Below, one piece after another: positions 9,168-19,901 of a DNA stretch of 64,000 bases. The position numbers were made by a program, and so were the translations under genes. The stretch spans positions 103,961-167,960 of the forward strand of contig CAZYDU010000002.1 of assembly GCA_964646345.1 (NCBI GenBank), written 5' to 3'. A model generated the notes under the pieces. That model did not search any database and was not told where the DNA came from. It saw only the letters and a program-made list of their open reading frames with translations. Position 1 is the stretch's first letter; every line of letters begins with the position of its first letter. The stretch comes from an uncultured Lachnospiraceae bacterium. GTDB lineage: Bacteria > Bacillota > Clostridia > Christensenellales > UBA1242.

Positions 9168-10295
9168 TTAAACTAATTTTTTGATATAGCATGTCTTTTT
9201 TCTAATTAAAGTTCTATCAAACATCTCCAGTGAACGTATAGCATTTGTATTAGTCTCAAGTTGAACACCAGTATCTGCATACTTGATTGAAGGAATTTTG
9301 CTAAGTCTTTCAAGCAAATTCTTAATCATAAAAGCGGTAACTCCCAATTTTTGATATTCCTTTTTAACTGAAATGATACCAAGTTCAACTGCATTTGGGT
9401 GCTTAATAGCTTTTAGCCACTTTACAAAACCAAATGGAAGCATTCTACCATCAGTTTCTTTCATCGCATCAGCAAGCGATGGCCAAGTTACAGCAAATCC
9501 ACAAAGTTTTTCATTCTTATCGAATACTAAGCAAATATATCTTTTATCAAGAACAAGTTTAAATAAAGAAATGACTTGTTTTCTCAATCCTTCATTAAAA
9601 GGCATTGTTCCATATAAATCCACAAATGTCTCATCAAGCAAATCGAAAAATTCATCTCCGTGATGCTTAATTATATCTTTAACATTTTTAAATTCCTTTT
9701 CATGGAAACCATAACGTTTTTGAACGATATTTGCAACACGTTCAACACGTTGGTCTATTGGTTGTGGAAACTTAAATCTCCATTCAACCCATTTTGCATC
9801 TGGCTTATAACCATAACTTTCTACATAAGTTTGATAATAAGGAGCATTGTAGCCTGTTACGAAAGCACCTTTATTTTCAAATCCATAGGTTGTTAAGCCT
9901 TCTCTTTCCAAATCATCATAGCCAAGTGGTCCATGAACATACTCCATTCCATGTTCCCTTGCCCAATCTTCTCCAGCCTTCAACAAAAGGTGTGCAACTT
10001 CTTCACTATCAATAAAATCAAAACGTGTGAATCTTGCATACTTTGAATTATTCTTTTCATTAAATGGATATAAAATCACACAAGCAATTCTTCCAACAAC
10101 ATTTCCATTTTCATCTTCTGCCAAAAAATAGGCATGCTCACATTCATCAAAGTGAGCATTTTTCTTTGTCGTCATTTTAAGTTCATCTGACTCCATTGGC
10201 GGAATATAATTAGGATTATCTTTATAAAGTTCTGTTGGAAACTTAACAAATTTTTTAAAATCTTTTCTTTTTGTAATTTCTCTAACTGTATACAT
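9168..10295 (-). CDS. GNAT-fold acyltransferase-like protein (two-domain, about 375 aa)
   Basis: The C-terminal part GIISVKKEYQKLGVTAFMIKNLLE looks like GNAT motif A. The N-terminal part FVKFPTELYKDNPNYIPPM is typical of a conserved uncharacterised GNAT-like family. The assignment is tentative. Confidence 0.45.
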   Translation of the reverse strand: MYTVREITKRKDFKKFVKFPTELYKDNPNYIPPMESDELKMTTKKNAHFDECEHAYFLAEDENGNVVGRIACVILYPFNEKNNSKYARFTRFDFIDSEEVAHLLLKAGEDWAREHGMEYVHGPLGYDDLEREGLTTYGFENKGAFVTGYNAPYYQTYVESYGYKPDAKWVEWRFKFPQPIDQRVERVANIVQKRYGFHEKEFKNVKDIIKHHGDEFFDLLDETFVDLYGTMPFNEGLRKQVISLFKLVLDKRYICLVFDKNEKLCGFAVTWPSLADAMKETDGRMLPFGFVKWLKAIKHPNAVELGIISVKKEYQKLGVTAFMIKNLLERLSKIPSIKYADTGVQLETNTNAIRSLEMFDRTLIRKKTCYIKKLV

Positions 10296-10539
10296 AAAAT
10301 TTCTCCATTTATATTATATAACATTTATCTACCAATTTCAATTATTTAAATTAATATGTTAAAATTTTTCTAAATCTGTAACACAAAATTGTCACTTATA
10401 ATTAAAACTTAAAATATAAAACCAAGTGTGAGAAACTTTATCCCCTAATCTATTTATTATAAATTTAATAGAAGATTGTATATAAGGTCAAAGTCAGTCA
10501 ATATTCTATTTTAATTTAACTAATCATATATTTTGTATT

Positions 10540-12057
10540 ATGAATAAAAAATTTCTAAAAGCAATGTTTTGCGTAACATTCTTTTCGGTTGCAACAAGAG
10601 CACTCGGCTTTTTATTAAAAATTTATCTATCTCGAACACTTGGCAGTGTTATGCTTGGAAGCTATCAAGTTGCGATGAGCATCTTTGGTGTGCTTATGAC
10701 ATTTGTATCAAGTGGCATTCCTGTTGTTCTATCTAGAAACGTCTCATACTATTCAGGACAAAATAATCGAAAAGCAATCGGCTCAATAGTTTCTTCTGGA
10801 TTAATTATAACTGGTGTCATATGCCTAATAGCTTCAGGTTTAATTTTATTGTTCCCAAATTTATTATCAATTATTTTCACTTCGCATGCTTCAATTCAAA
10901 TGATTTACATTCTCCTTCCAGCCCTTTTATTTTCATCTATTTATGAAGTATTACGTGGTGCATTATGGGGACAACAAAAATTTTTCACAATCAGTATCAC
11001 CGAATTTATTGAACAAGTCGTCAGAATTATCTTACTTATTTTATTATTTAATACCACTATTCTCAATATTTCGGCAACAAATAAAACCGCACTATCCTTA
11101 AGCTTAGCCTGCATAGTTTCTTCAATTATTGTAATCTTCATATACTTTAAATCAGGTGGAAACCTTGCAAATCCAAAATATGAATTTAAAAATTTATTAA
11201 AAACGAGCTCTCCCATAACTGCAGTTAGAACAGTATCATCTGTCATCTCATCTATTATTGCAATAATCATTCCAATAAGGCTTCAAGCATTTGGCTATTC
11301 GCAAACCGAAGCACTTTCTGAATTTGGTATTATGATGGGAATGACTTTCCCAATACTAATGATACCAGCAACTCTTATTGGTTCACTAGCTGTAACAATG
11401 ATTCCGTCAATAAGCGAACAATCAAATGATATTGATGCTGGGAATCTCAAAGATAAAACAATCATAAAATCAAAAATCAACTTTTCATTGAAAACTAGTA
11501 TAATTTTTTCATCAATTCTACTATCAAGCTTTATAGCACTTGGCGAACCAATCTGCCTATTCTTATTTAATAATATCAAAGCCGGCAAGTATCTGTCAGT
11601 TGCAAGTATAATCATGATACCACTCGGGCTATCCCAAATTTCTTCATCAATACTAAATTCTATAGGTCTAGAAATGAAATCACTTAAAAATTATGTTATA
11701 TCTTCTGCCGTTCTCATCTTTTGCATTGTATTTTTACCAAAATACTTTGGTACATACTCTTTAATAATCGGATATTTCTTAATGTCTGTTATCTCAGCCG
11801 TGATGAATATATCAATGCTAATAAAAAGAAACCTGGCAAACTTAGGTTTCTTAAAAACACTTATACTTTTAATTATTATTAATTTATTTTCTGCAACTAT
11901 AGGAATATTTATTAGCGGAATACTAAAAACAAGTCTTATTATAAAATTAATAATCTCTGCTTTATTTACCGTTGGCATTAATATTATGTTAATTGTGTGT
12001 TTCAACATAGCCAATATTAAAATTATAATTTTTAAGCAAAAAAAGCAAGTAGCCTAA
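10540..12057 (+). CDS. MOP-superfamily flippase (MurJ/SpoVB/Wzx-like polysaccharide biosynthesis protein)
   Basis: 505 aa with about 14 TM segments. The N-terminus ATRALGFLLKIYLSRTLGSVMLGSYQVA is typical of SpoVB/YtgP-type flippases. Confidence 0.7.
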   Translation: MNKKFLKAMFCVTFFSVATRALGFLLKIYLSRTLGSVMLGSYQVAMSIFGVLMTFVSSGIPVVLSRNVSYYSGQNNRKAIGSIVSSGLIITGVICLIASGLILLFPNLLSIIFTSHASIQMIYILLPALLFSSIYEVLRGALWGQQKFFTISITEFIEQVVRIILLILLFNTTILNISATNKTALSLSLACIVSSIIVIFIYFKSGGNLANPKYEFKNLLKTSSPITAVRTVSSVISSIIAIIIPIRLQAFGYSQTEALSEFGIMMGMTFPILMIPATLIGSLAVTMIPSISEQSNDIDAGNLKDKTIIKSKINFSLKTSIIFSSILLSSFIALGEPICLFLFNNIKAGKYLSVASIIMIPLGLSQISSSILNSIGLEMKSLKNYVISSAVLIFCIVFLPKYFGTYSLIIGYFLMSVISAVMNISMLIKRNLANLGFLKTLILLIIINLFSATIGIFISGILKTSLIIKLIISALFTVGINIMLIVCFNIANIKIIIFKQKKQVA

Positions 12058-12449
12058 AATATATTTTCGGCACTAATTCTAAAATCATCTAAGTAATGTG
12101 CCGAAAAATCTATTAATGATGCAATCTCAGCATATGCTTCAGTGTAGTTATTTTCTTCAACATAAACAGAAATTCTCGCTAGACCAATCTCTACATCTTT
12201 AATATTTGTGTGCCAAATCAAGCATTTCAAAAGCTTAACCTTTTTATGCCAATCATTGTGTAAATCATAAATATTTTCAATAAACTCATCAGTATCTATC
12301 TTTTCCTTATTTTCTGTAAGCTGAATTTGAACAGTCTCTAAACTATTAATTAACCAATCAAACGACTTGTTAACATAACACGATTCTAATATACAACCAA
12401 CAATAAGCATGATAGTGAGTAATACCATAAAAATCCATTTTTTTACCAT
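12054..12449 (-). CDS. DUF4363 family protein
   Basis: 131 aa with an N-terminal TM and a helical body ending in ENIF. Its usual partner, the DUF421/YetF gene, lies immediately upstream with a 7-nt overlap. Confidence 0.55.
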   Translation of the reverse strand: MVKKWIFMVLLTIMLIVGCILESCYVNKSFDWLINSLETVQIQLTENKEKIDTDEFIENIYDLHNDWHKKVKLLKCLIWHTNIKDVEIGLARISVYVEENNYTEAYAEIASLIDFSAHYLDDFRISAENIF

Positions 12450-13165
12450 TTATCACCACCACCGAAATTCATTTGAAAGTTATAATAGGTCTCCGCATTT
12501 TTTGCTTGTAAAAACACTTCTCCATTATTATCTAATGTTAAAAGTAAAACATCTTTTACTTTTTTAACATTCGCTTTAACTAAACATTTCTGAATAAACT
12601 TATCATCTATACCAGCTAAACTAGTATTCTCTTTCATTAATTTTCCGTCCATGATAATATTAATCGGCAATGTACTTTGACTAACTTTGACTTTTAAATC
12701 GTCTCTAGTAATAGGCTCAGCACCGGATTTCTTAATCACACACAAATTTCCGTTTGTTTCTAATATAGCATAAGCAATTTCTTCAAATTTGAACACATCA
12801 CACCCACGCATAAGCTCGATTAAATCATCTAATGTCATGTTTAACTCTTTTAATTCTTTATAATTGATTCCCTTTGGACTAACCACGATAGCTGGCCTGC
12901 CCGTTAACAAATATCTTGCAAATTGAAACTTTCTTGATAAAAAACATATCAAAAAATGAACAATCAAAAGAGTTACAATCGGAACTATGCCGTGAACCAA
13001 TGGAACAGAAAGTTCAGCCATTGGAATACAAGCTAGATCTGCGATAATCAAAGTAATGACGAACTCAAATGGTTGCATTTCCCCAATTTGCCTTTTACCC
13101 ATAAGTCTCACAACAGCAAGAACACAAGTATATACAATAATAGACCTTAAAAGCATTATAGCCAT
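12443..13165 (-). CDS. DUF421 (YetF-like) membrane protein
   Basis: VRLMGKRQIGEMQPFEFV motif plus a C-terminal soluble domain. The track start at 13234 is a TTG inside the uvrA terminator region, so I prefer the ATG at 13165 by comparison with the YetF N-terminus. The start is uncertain. Confidence 0.7.
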   Translation of the reverse strand: MAIMLLRSIIVYTCVLAVVRLMGKRQIGEMQPFEFVITLIIADLACIPMAELSVPLVHGIVPIVTLLIVHFLICFLSRKFQFARYLLTGRPAIVVSPKGINYKELKELNMTLDDLIELMRGCDVFKFEEIAYAILETNGNLCVIKKSGAEPITRDDLKVKVSQSTLPINIIMDGKLMKENTSLAGIDDKFIQKCLVKANVKKVKDVLLLTLDNNGEVFLQAKNAETYYNFQMNFGGGDKW

Positions 13166-13189
13166 ACTATAATAATTACATAAAATCAT

Positions 13190-13219
13190 AAAAAAATACA
13201 TACAAATTAAAGTATGTAT
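13190..13219 (-). terminator. Terminator downstream of uvrA
   Basis: atacatac / gtatgtat, an 8-bp stem with an 8-nt loop, flanked by an A-run and a T-run (bidirectional shape). Confidence 0.55.
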
Positions 13220-13252
13220 TTTTTTATAAGTCAAAGTCAGTCTAATATATTA

Positions 13253-16057
13253 TTATTCTTTTTCAAAGAATTTGCGTAAAGCTAAGCCTGTATATGATTT
13301 ATCACATTTAGCAATTTCTTCAGGTGAACCACAAGCAACAATAGTGCCACCTTTATCACCACCTTCTGGGCCTATATCAATAATATAATCTGCAAATTTT
13401 ATAACATCAAGATTATGCTCAATTACAACCACACTATTTCCACCAGCAACAAGCCTATCCAAAATTTTGATGAGTTTTTCAACATCATGAGTATGCAATC
13501 CAGTTGTAGGTTCATCTAAAATATAAAGTGTTTTACCAGTTGACCTTTTAGATAATTCAGTTGCAAGTTTAACCCTTTGAGCTTCGCCACCTGAAAGAGT
13601 CGTTGCGGATTGTCCCAAAGTAATATAACCTAAACCAACATCATAGAGCGTCTGTAGTTTATTCTTAATAGCAGGTATATTATAGAAAAATTCTAACGCA
13701 TCTTCAACAGTCATATCCAAAACATCACTAATGGTTTTTCCCTTAAACTTAACTTCCAAAGTATTTTTATTATATCTCTTACCCTTGCACTCATCACAAG
13801 TTACGTATACATCTGGTAAAAAATGCATTTCAATTTTCAAAACGCCGTCACCAGCACAAGCTTCGCACCTGCCACCTTTAACATTAAAACTAAATCGTCC
13901 AGCGGTGTAACCCTTTGCTTGAGATTCAGGACACTTTGCAAATAATTCACGGATTGCTGAAAACACACCAGTGTAAGTTACAGGATTGCTTCTTGGAGTT
14001 CTTCCAATCGGACTTTGGTCAATAACAACAACCTTATCAATATTTTCAATCCCACGAATTTCTTTATACAATCCTTCAGGCAAATTCGAATGATTTACTT
14101 TATTTGAAACCGCTGGATAAAGCACTTCATTCACTAAACTAGATTTACCACTACCCGAAACGCCTGTAACTGCAACAAACAATCCCAATGGGATTTTTAC
14201 ATTTATATTTTTTAAATTATTTTGCTTAGCTCCGATAATTTCGAGTCCTATGTCAGACATAGCACGCCTTTTTTCTGGAATTTCAATCTTTTTTCTACCT
14301 GAAAGATAAGCTCCCGTAATTGAATTTTCGCAAGCCATAATTTCTTGCGGAGTTCCTGCACAAATAATTCTTCCACCATGAACACCAGCTTTTGGCCCGA
14401 CATCAACAATAAAATCTGCCTGCATCATAGTTTCTTCATCATGCTCAACAACAATAACGCTATTTCCTAAATCACGAAGATGCTTTAATGTGCCAATAAG
14501 TTTTTCAGTATCCCTTGGGTGCAAACCAATACTTGGCTCATCTAAAATATACAAAACTCCCATCAAACCACTACCAATTTGGGTAGCAAGTCTAATACGT
14601 TGAGCTTCGCCACCAGACAATGTGCTTGCTGTTCGAGCTAAAGTCAAATAATCAAGTCCGACATTTATCAAGAAATTAAGTCTCGCTCTAATCTCTTTAA
14701 AAATACCTGCTGAAATTTTTTCTTCCTTTTCTGTGAGCTTAAGATTATCCACCCACTTCAAAATACCCGTTATATTCATTTCAGTAACATCAATTATTGA
14801 TTTCTTATCAATTTTAACAGCTAATGCTTGCGGATTCAAACGTTTACCTTTACAGGTTTCGCAAGTCTTTGTTACCATATATTTTTCAATCTCGCCTTTA
14901 ATAAATTCTCCAGCGATTTCATGTCTACGATAAAGATTTGGGATAATCCCTTCAAAACGCATATTAAATGTATTGTTTTTTAGAGTTCTCATCTCTAGTT
15001 TTTCACCTTTTGTTCCATAAAACAAATAATCCAAGGCTTCACGAGAGTAATCTTTTAGTGGTGTGTTAATGTTAATTCCAAATTTATCAGTAACGGCTCT
15101 ATACAACATATTACCAAAACCATAATCCCCCCAACCAATAGCAGAAATAGCACCGTCATTTAGAGATAGATTCCAATCTTTTACTAAAAGATTTTCTTCA
15201 ATAATCATTTTAGACCCCAAGCCCAAGCAGTCTGGACATGCACCAATCGGAGTATTGAATGAAAACAACCTTGAAGATATCTCATTAAATGAAAAGCCAC
15301 ACTTAGGACAGCTATGTTTTGTTGAATACAACACTTCTTCTCCATTAGTATCAACAATAACAACGCCATTTGCAAGCTTAACTGCAGTTTCCAGGCTATC
15401 AATTAACCTGTTATCCATATTATCAGTTCTAATCAACCTATCAATAACAACTGAAATATCGTGTTTTTTCTTTTTATCAAGCTTGATTTCTTCATCAAGA
15501 CTATAAATTACCCCGTCAACTTTAACTCTTAAGTAACCTTTTTTCCTAAAATCATCAAATAGCTCAACATATTCGCCTGTTTTTCTAGTAATAACCGGTG
15601 CAATTATCATAATTTTTGAGCCATTTTCTGCTGTTTTCACTTTATTAGCTATATTATCTATTGATGAAGCTGATATTGGCTCATTACAATTCACACAATA
15701 AGGCACACCAATACTCGCAAACAATAATCTAAAATAATCATAAATTTCAGTAACAGTACCAACCGTTGACCGTGGATTTGATGAAGTTGTCTTTTGGTCT
15801 ATTGCTATTGCTGGAGATAAACCATCAATTTGGTCAACATCTGGTTTTTTCATTTGCCCCAAAAACTGTCTTGCATAAGATGACAAAGATTCCATATATC
15901 TTCTTTGTCCTTCAGCAAAAATAGTATCGAATGCCAAACTTGACTTTCCACTTCCAGAAAGTCCGGTAAAAACAACCAATTTATTTCTTGGAATTTCTAA
16001 ATTGATATTTTTTAAGTTGTTTTCTCTCGCTCCTATTATCCTAATAAAATTATCCAT
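13253..16057 (-). CDS. uvrA: Excinuclease ABC subunit A
   Basis: 934 aa, two ABC ATPase modules (GLSGSGKSSL, GVSGSGKSSL), zinc-finger Cys clusters, LSGGEAQR signatures. Confidence 0.97.
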   Translation of the reverse strand: MDNFIRIIGARENNLKNINLEIPRNKLVVFTGLSGSGKSSLAFDTIFAEGQRRYMESLSSYARQFLGQMKKPDVDQIDGLSPAIAIDQKTTSSNPRSTVGTVTEIYDYFRLLFASIGVPYCVNCNEPISASSIDNIANKVKTAENGSKIMIIAPVITRKTGEYVELFDDFRKKGYLRVKVDGVIYSLDEEIKLDKKKKHDISVVIDRLIRTDNMDNRLIDSLETAVKLANGVVIVDTNGEEVLYSTKHSCPKCGFSFNEISSRLFSFNTPIGACPDCLGLGSKMIIEENLLVKDWNLSLNDGAISAIGWGDYGFGNMLYRAVTDKFGININTPLKDYSREALDYLFYGTKGEKLEMRTLKNNTFNMRFEGIIPNLYRRHEIAGEFIKGEIEKYMVTKTCETCKGKRLNPQALAVKIDKKSIIDVTEMNITGILKWVDNLKLTEKEEKISAGIFKEIRARLNFLINVGLDYLTLARTASTLSGGEAQRIRLATQIGSGLMGVLYILDEPSIGLHPRDTEKLIGTLKHLRDLGNSVIVVEHDEETMMQADFIVDVGPKAGVHGGRIICAGTPQEIMACENSITGAYLSGRKKIEIPEKRRAMSDIGLEIIGAKQNNLKNINVKIPLGLFVAVTGVSGSGKSSLVNEVLYPAVSNKVNHSNLPEGLYKEIRGIENIDKVVVIDQSPIGRTPRSNPVTYTGVFSAIRELFAKCPESQAKGYTAGRFSFNVKGGRCEACAGDGVLKIEMHFLPDVYVTCDECKGKRYNKNTLEVKFKGKTISDVLDMTVEDALEFFYNIPAIKNKLQTLYDVGLGYITLGQSATTLSGGEAQRVKLATELSKRSTGKTLYILDEPTTGLHTHDVEKLIKILDRLVAGGNSVVVIEHNLDVIKFADYIIDIGPEGGDKGGTIVACGSPEEIAKCDKSYTGLALRKFFEKE

Positions 16058-16117
16058 TAATATTCTCCTAAATCCTTATAAATACTTATTTTATAAGGTA
16101 TTATGTCACGCATAACA

Positions 16118-18172
16118 CTACCTGTGTCGTTGAGATTTTCTAGTTCTTTCATAAACTTTGCTTCTTGTTTTTTCTACCTTACGTTTTTGTACATAAGACT
16201 TTCCTTGTTGTTTAGCTTTAAGTTCTTCTATGGTATCCCTTAGTTCTATCGCCTTCTCAAAATCCAAAGCCTTAACTGCAACATTCATTAGTGCTGTTAA
16301 ACTTTCAATTTGTCTAGTAATTTCTTCAGCCTTCATCATTGAACTATCCAGTTCTTTAGACGTTATCGTTAAGGTATTTATAATTGGTTTTTCAATCGTT
16401 TTTGGAACGATGTTATGTTCTTTATTAAAAGCCATTTGAATTTCACGGCGTCTATTGGTTTCATCTATTGCTTTCTTCAAACTTTCTGTCATTACATCGG
16501 CAAACATAACAACTCGACCTTCCGAGTTTCTCGCGGCCCTACCTATCGTCTGAATTAATGCCCCCGTACTTCTTAAAAAGCCTTCTTTATCCGCATCTAA
16601 AATAGCAACGAGCTTAACTTCTGGCATATCAAGACCTTCTCTAAGTAAGTTTATTCCCACTAAAACATCACTTTCCCCGCTTCTAAGTTCATTTATTACA
16701 GTCATTCTATCCATTGCCTTAATTTCAGAATGTAAATAAGTCGTTTTTATTCCAACACTGGATAAATAAGCTGAAAGCTGTTCCGCCATCGACTTAGTTA
16801 ATGTTGTAACTAAACACCTGCCACCACTTTCAATGGTCCTATTAAGTTCTCCAATAAGCTCATCTACTTGATTTTTTGCAGGTTTTACTATAATTTCAGG
16901 GTCTAAAAGTCCTGTTGGTCTAATGATTTGTTCAGCTAAATTATCCTGTCTTTCCATTTCATAAACACCTGGTGTAGCAGAAAAACAAATCATTTGATGA
17001 AATTTGGTTTCAAATTCGTCAAATTTTAACGGCCTATTATCATAAGCTGATTTAATTCTAAATCCATAATCAACCAGTGAGTCTTTTCTTGCTTTATCTC
17101 CATTATACATGGCTCTAATTTGCGGAATTGTCATATGACTTTCATCGATTAACAATAGAAAATCATCAGGAAAATAGTCAAAAAGCGTGTATGGAGTCTC
17201 GCCCGGGTTTCTTCCATCGAAATATCTTGAATAGTTCTCAATACCGCTACAATACCCAATTTCACGCATCATTTCAATATCATAACATGTTCTTTGCTTT
17301 AATCTTTCCGCTTCCAAAATCTTGCCTTGTTTTTGAAGTTCTTCAACTTCTTTAATCATATCGTTTTCTATATTTTTCAAGCAATCATTTAATTTGCTTC
17401 CGCCAACCGCATAGTGAGTTGCGGGATAGATTGCAATATGTGAAAGTGTTGAAACAGCCCTACCAGTCACAGCTTCAACTTCGGCAATTCTATCTATTTC
17501 ATCGCCAAAGAATTCTATACGTATCGAATACTCACTGCTATTTGCTGGGAAAACTTCCAACGTATCGCCACGAACCCTAAAAGTCCCACGTACAAAGTCT
17601 ATATCGTTTCGCTTATATTGAATTTCAACAAGCCTTGAAATAATCTCATCTCTTGAAATATTCATGCCAGGTCTTAAAGATATTGCCATTTTATGATATT
17701 CGCTTGGCTCGCCTAAACCATAAATACAAGACACAGACGCAACAATAATAACATCACGTCTTTCAAATAATGCACAAGTTGCCGAGTGTCTAAGTTTATC
17801 TATTTCGTCATTTATTGAAAGTTCTTTTTCAATGTAAGTATCACTTGAAGCAATATAAGCTTCTGGCTGGTAATAATCATAATAAGACACAAAATAATTA
17901 ACTGAATTTTCTGGAAAAAACTCGCGAAACTCATTACATAGTTGAGCAGCAAGCGTTTTATTGTGAGCAATCACGAGAGTTGGCCTTTGTACTTTTTCAA
18001 TAATATTCGCCATAGTAAAAGTTTTACCACTCCCGGTAACTCCCAATAAAACCTGAGTTCTTAAACCATCATTTAACCCCTGAACCAAACTCTCGATTGC
18101 TTCAGGTTGGTCGCCTGTAGGAGCAAATTTTGACTTAAGAGTAAATCTTTTTTCTTCTGTTTCTTGCTTCAT
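16118..18172 (-). CDS. uvrB: Excinuclease ABC subunit B
   Basis: 684 aa, [10 protein letters not shown] Walker A, helicase motifs, and a C-terminal UVR coiled coil ([11 protein letters not shown]). Confidence 0.97.
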   Translation of the reverse strand: MKQETEEKRFTLKSKFAPTGDQPEAIESLVQGLNDGLRTQVLLGVTGSGKTFTMANIIEKVQRPTLVIAHNKTLAAQLCNEFREFFPENSVNYFVSYYDYYQPEAYIASSDTYIEKELSINDEIDKLRHSATCALFERRDVIIVASVSCIYGLGEPSEYHKMAISLRPGMNISRDEIISRLVEIQYKRNDIDFVRGTFRVRGDTLEVFPANSSEYSIRIEFFGDEIDRIAEVEAVTGRAVSTLSHIAIYPATHYAVGGSKLNDCLKNIENDMIKEVEELQKQGKILEAERLKQRTCYDIEMMREIGYCSGIENYSRYFDGRNPGETPYTLFDYFPDDFLLLIDESHMTIPQIRAMYNGDKARKDSLVDYGFRIKSAYDNRPLKFDEFETKFHQMICFSATPGVYEMERQDNLAEQIIRPTGLLDPEIIVKPAKNQVDELIGELNRTIESGGRCLVTTLTKSMAEQLSAYLSSVGIKTTYLHSEIKAMDRMTVINELRSGESDVLVGINLLREGLDMPEVKLVAILDADKEGFLRSTGALIQTIGRAARNSEGRVVMFADVMTESLKKAIDETNRRREIQMAFNKEHNIVPKTIEKPIINTLTITSKELDSSMMKAEEITRQIESLTALMNVAVKALDFEKAIELRDTIEELKAKQQGKSYVQKRKVEKTRSKVYERTRKSQRHR

Positions 18173-18424
18173 AACTCCATTATACCCACAATTACAAATT
18201 TTACAATCAAGTTAATGAAAATTCTTTATTTGTTTTGTAATTTTTTTTGCTATACTAGTTTTATAATCCAACAAAAATCCGTTACATTAATGTCACAACT
18301 GTAACATATTAAAATCATGTCTCAAAAAATATCACAAATCCCAATAAAATCGAATATAAAATGCATTTAATTAATTGCAAAGAGTTTTACAAAAAAATAT
18401 AATCTTGAATATGGGAGAAAAATT

Positions 18425-18967
18425 ATGGAAAACAAAGACAACTTAACCAAAAATTACATATTTGAAGCCTATTATAACCTATTAAAAAAGCAACCTTGCA
18501 GTGAAATTAATGTAAGTGATATATGCAAAAAAGCTGGAGTTTCTAGAATGTCGTTTTATAGAAACTTTAAATCTAAAGAAGATTTAATTTCCAAGTCGAT
18601 TGAAAAAATAATGCAAGAACTAAAAAGCAATTTGATTAAATACGATAAAATCAATCAATACATCGTAACAAGAGAAATATTCATTACTGCACAAAACTAT
18701 AAAGATGCCTTCAATGCATTTAGAAATTCAAACTATGCCGAACAATTTGTTGATGTAATTTCAGATAAATTGTTTAGTTTTGCTCCACAAGACATCATTA
18801 ACCCATCAAGAAAGTATACTCCTGTGTTTTTCTTTACTGCTCTAGCAGGTGTCCTTAATGCATGGATTAGAAACGGAACAAAAGAAACACCTGAAGAAAT
18901 GGCAAAACTAATTTGCGAAGTTGCAGACTTTCCTTTCTTTGCAGACGAACATTTCCATATTAACTAA
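18425..18967 (+). CDS. TetR/AcrR family transcriptional regulator
   Basis: N-terminal HTH: INVSDICKKAGVSRMSFYRNFKSKEDLI. Confidence 0.8.
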   Translation: MENKDNLTKNYIFEAYYNLLKKQPCSEINVSDICKKAGVSRMSFYRNFKSKEDLISKSIEKIMQELKSNLIKYDKINQYIVTREIFITAQNYKDAFNAFRNSNYAEQFVDVISDKLFSFAPQDIINPSRKYTPVFFFTALAGVLNAWIRNGTKETPEEMAKLICEVADFPFFADEHFHIN

Positions 18968-18974
18968 TAATGAA

Positions 18975-19013
18975 ATAACCCTAAAGTTACATAAACTCAA
19001 GGGTTATTTTTTT
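18975..19013. terminator. Bidirectional terminator between convergent genes
   Basis: ataaccct / agggttat, an 8-bp stem followed by T7. Confidence 0.5.
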
Positions 19014-19021
19014 ACAAAAAT

Positions 19022-19270
19022 TTAATCTACTTCCAAGTTCTCAAACTTAAATATTTCATCATCGAAAAATTCAGACAAGGTCATTCCGAAAAACTCAGAA
19101 ACCTTTACAATCGTTGAAAACTTTACTTCTTTATTTACTTCATTAAAAATATAACGCATCGCTGAATGAGTAAGCCCAGTTTCCTTTTCAAGCTGGTATT
19201 TAGATAAATTATTTTTAATCAGCAACGCACTAATACGCATTGCAAAAGCTTTATTTAATGTCATATTCAC
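19022..19270 (-). CDS. XRE-family HTH regulator (82 aa)
   Basis: HTH: LSKYQLEKETGLTHSAMRYI. The C-terminal LSEFF motif is shared with the paralogs at 33792 and 34090. Confidence 0.75.
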   Translation of the reverse strand: MNMTLNKAFAMRISALLIKNNLSKYQLEKETGLTHSAMRYIFNEVNKEVKFSTIVKVSEFFGMTLSEFFDDEIFKFENLEVD

Positions 19271-19393
19271 TCTCCTATCATATTTATTCTAGTCCAGGAG
19301 AAAATAAATATACGTGAAATGCACTTCACTTATTCTTGACAAAATCCGACCAAATTATTAAACTTTAAGTGAAATACACTTTTGGAGAAAATT

Positions 19394-19618
19394 ATGTCAG
19401 AAACGGAAAAAGTCTACTATTCATACAAAAATAAAAACGATGTCTACTACCTAACAGCCGAAGAAGAATCAAAGTTAGCACAAATAAAATACGAGTTTAT
19501 ACAAACATTAACAAAAGAACAACTTGAACAATTTTCTAAACTCGAAATGAGTTATAGTTACTATAAAGAAGCACTTATCAAAGAAATCATAAACTACTCC
19601 ATTAGTTTTCATGATTAA
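19394..19618 (+). CDS. Hypothetical small protein (74 aa)
   Basis: The track start at 19382 is TTG. The ATG at 19394 has GGAG 8 nt upstream. No recognisable domain. Confidence 0.45.
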   Translation: MSETEKVYYSYKNKNDVYYLTAEEESKLAQIKYEFIQTLTKEQLEQFSKLEMSYSYYKEALIKEIINYSISFHD

Positions 19619-19619
19619 C

Positions 19620-19647
19620 TTGACAATCTTTGAAATTTGATTAAAAT
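19620..19647 (+). promoter_or_regulatory. Sigma-70-type promoter of the glyQS leader
   Basis: TTGACA (19620-19625), 16-nt spacer, TAAAAT (19642-19647). Confidence 0.6.
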
Positions 19648-19654
19648 AATATTT

Positions 19655-19867
19655 GTAGCGTTGAAAAAGAATAGTAAGCTTAAAGGTTATTTATAGCGAA
19701 TTCCTGATGGTGAAAGTGGAAGAAACAAACGTAAGCTGAAGGCACTTTGGAGCTGAATATTTAATAAAGTGAGTGCTTTTAGCACTAATAAGGGTGGAAC
19801 CACGGGTCTAATCTCTCGTCCCTTAGCAATAATTTTGCTAGCGGATAAAGATTAGGCCTTTTGTTTT
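19655..19867 (+). promoter_or_regulatory. T-box riboswitch leader, glycine specifier (GGC)
   Basis: T-box sequence aataagggtggaaccacggg at 19788-19806. GAA-GGC-A specifier context, with GGC at 19741-19743. The UGGA bulge is consistent with a U73 discriminator. Terminator helix 19805-19814 / 19849-19858, followed by TTTTGTTTT. Confidence 0.9.
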
Positions 19868-19901
19868 GGCTAAAAAACAAAATAAATCTAGGAGAAAATA
19901 T

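Noticed and set aside
18173-18424. Looked for a LexA (Cheo) box upstream of uvrB.
   Set aside because: No GAAC-N4-GTTC-type site is present. Only the unrelated palindrome reported in the findings was seen.
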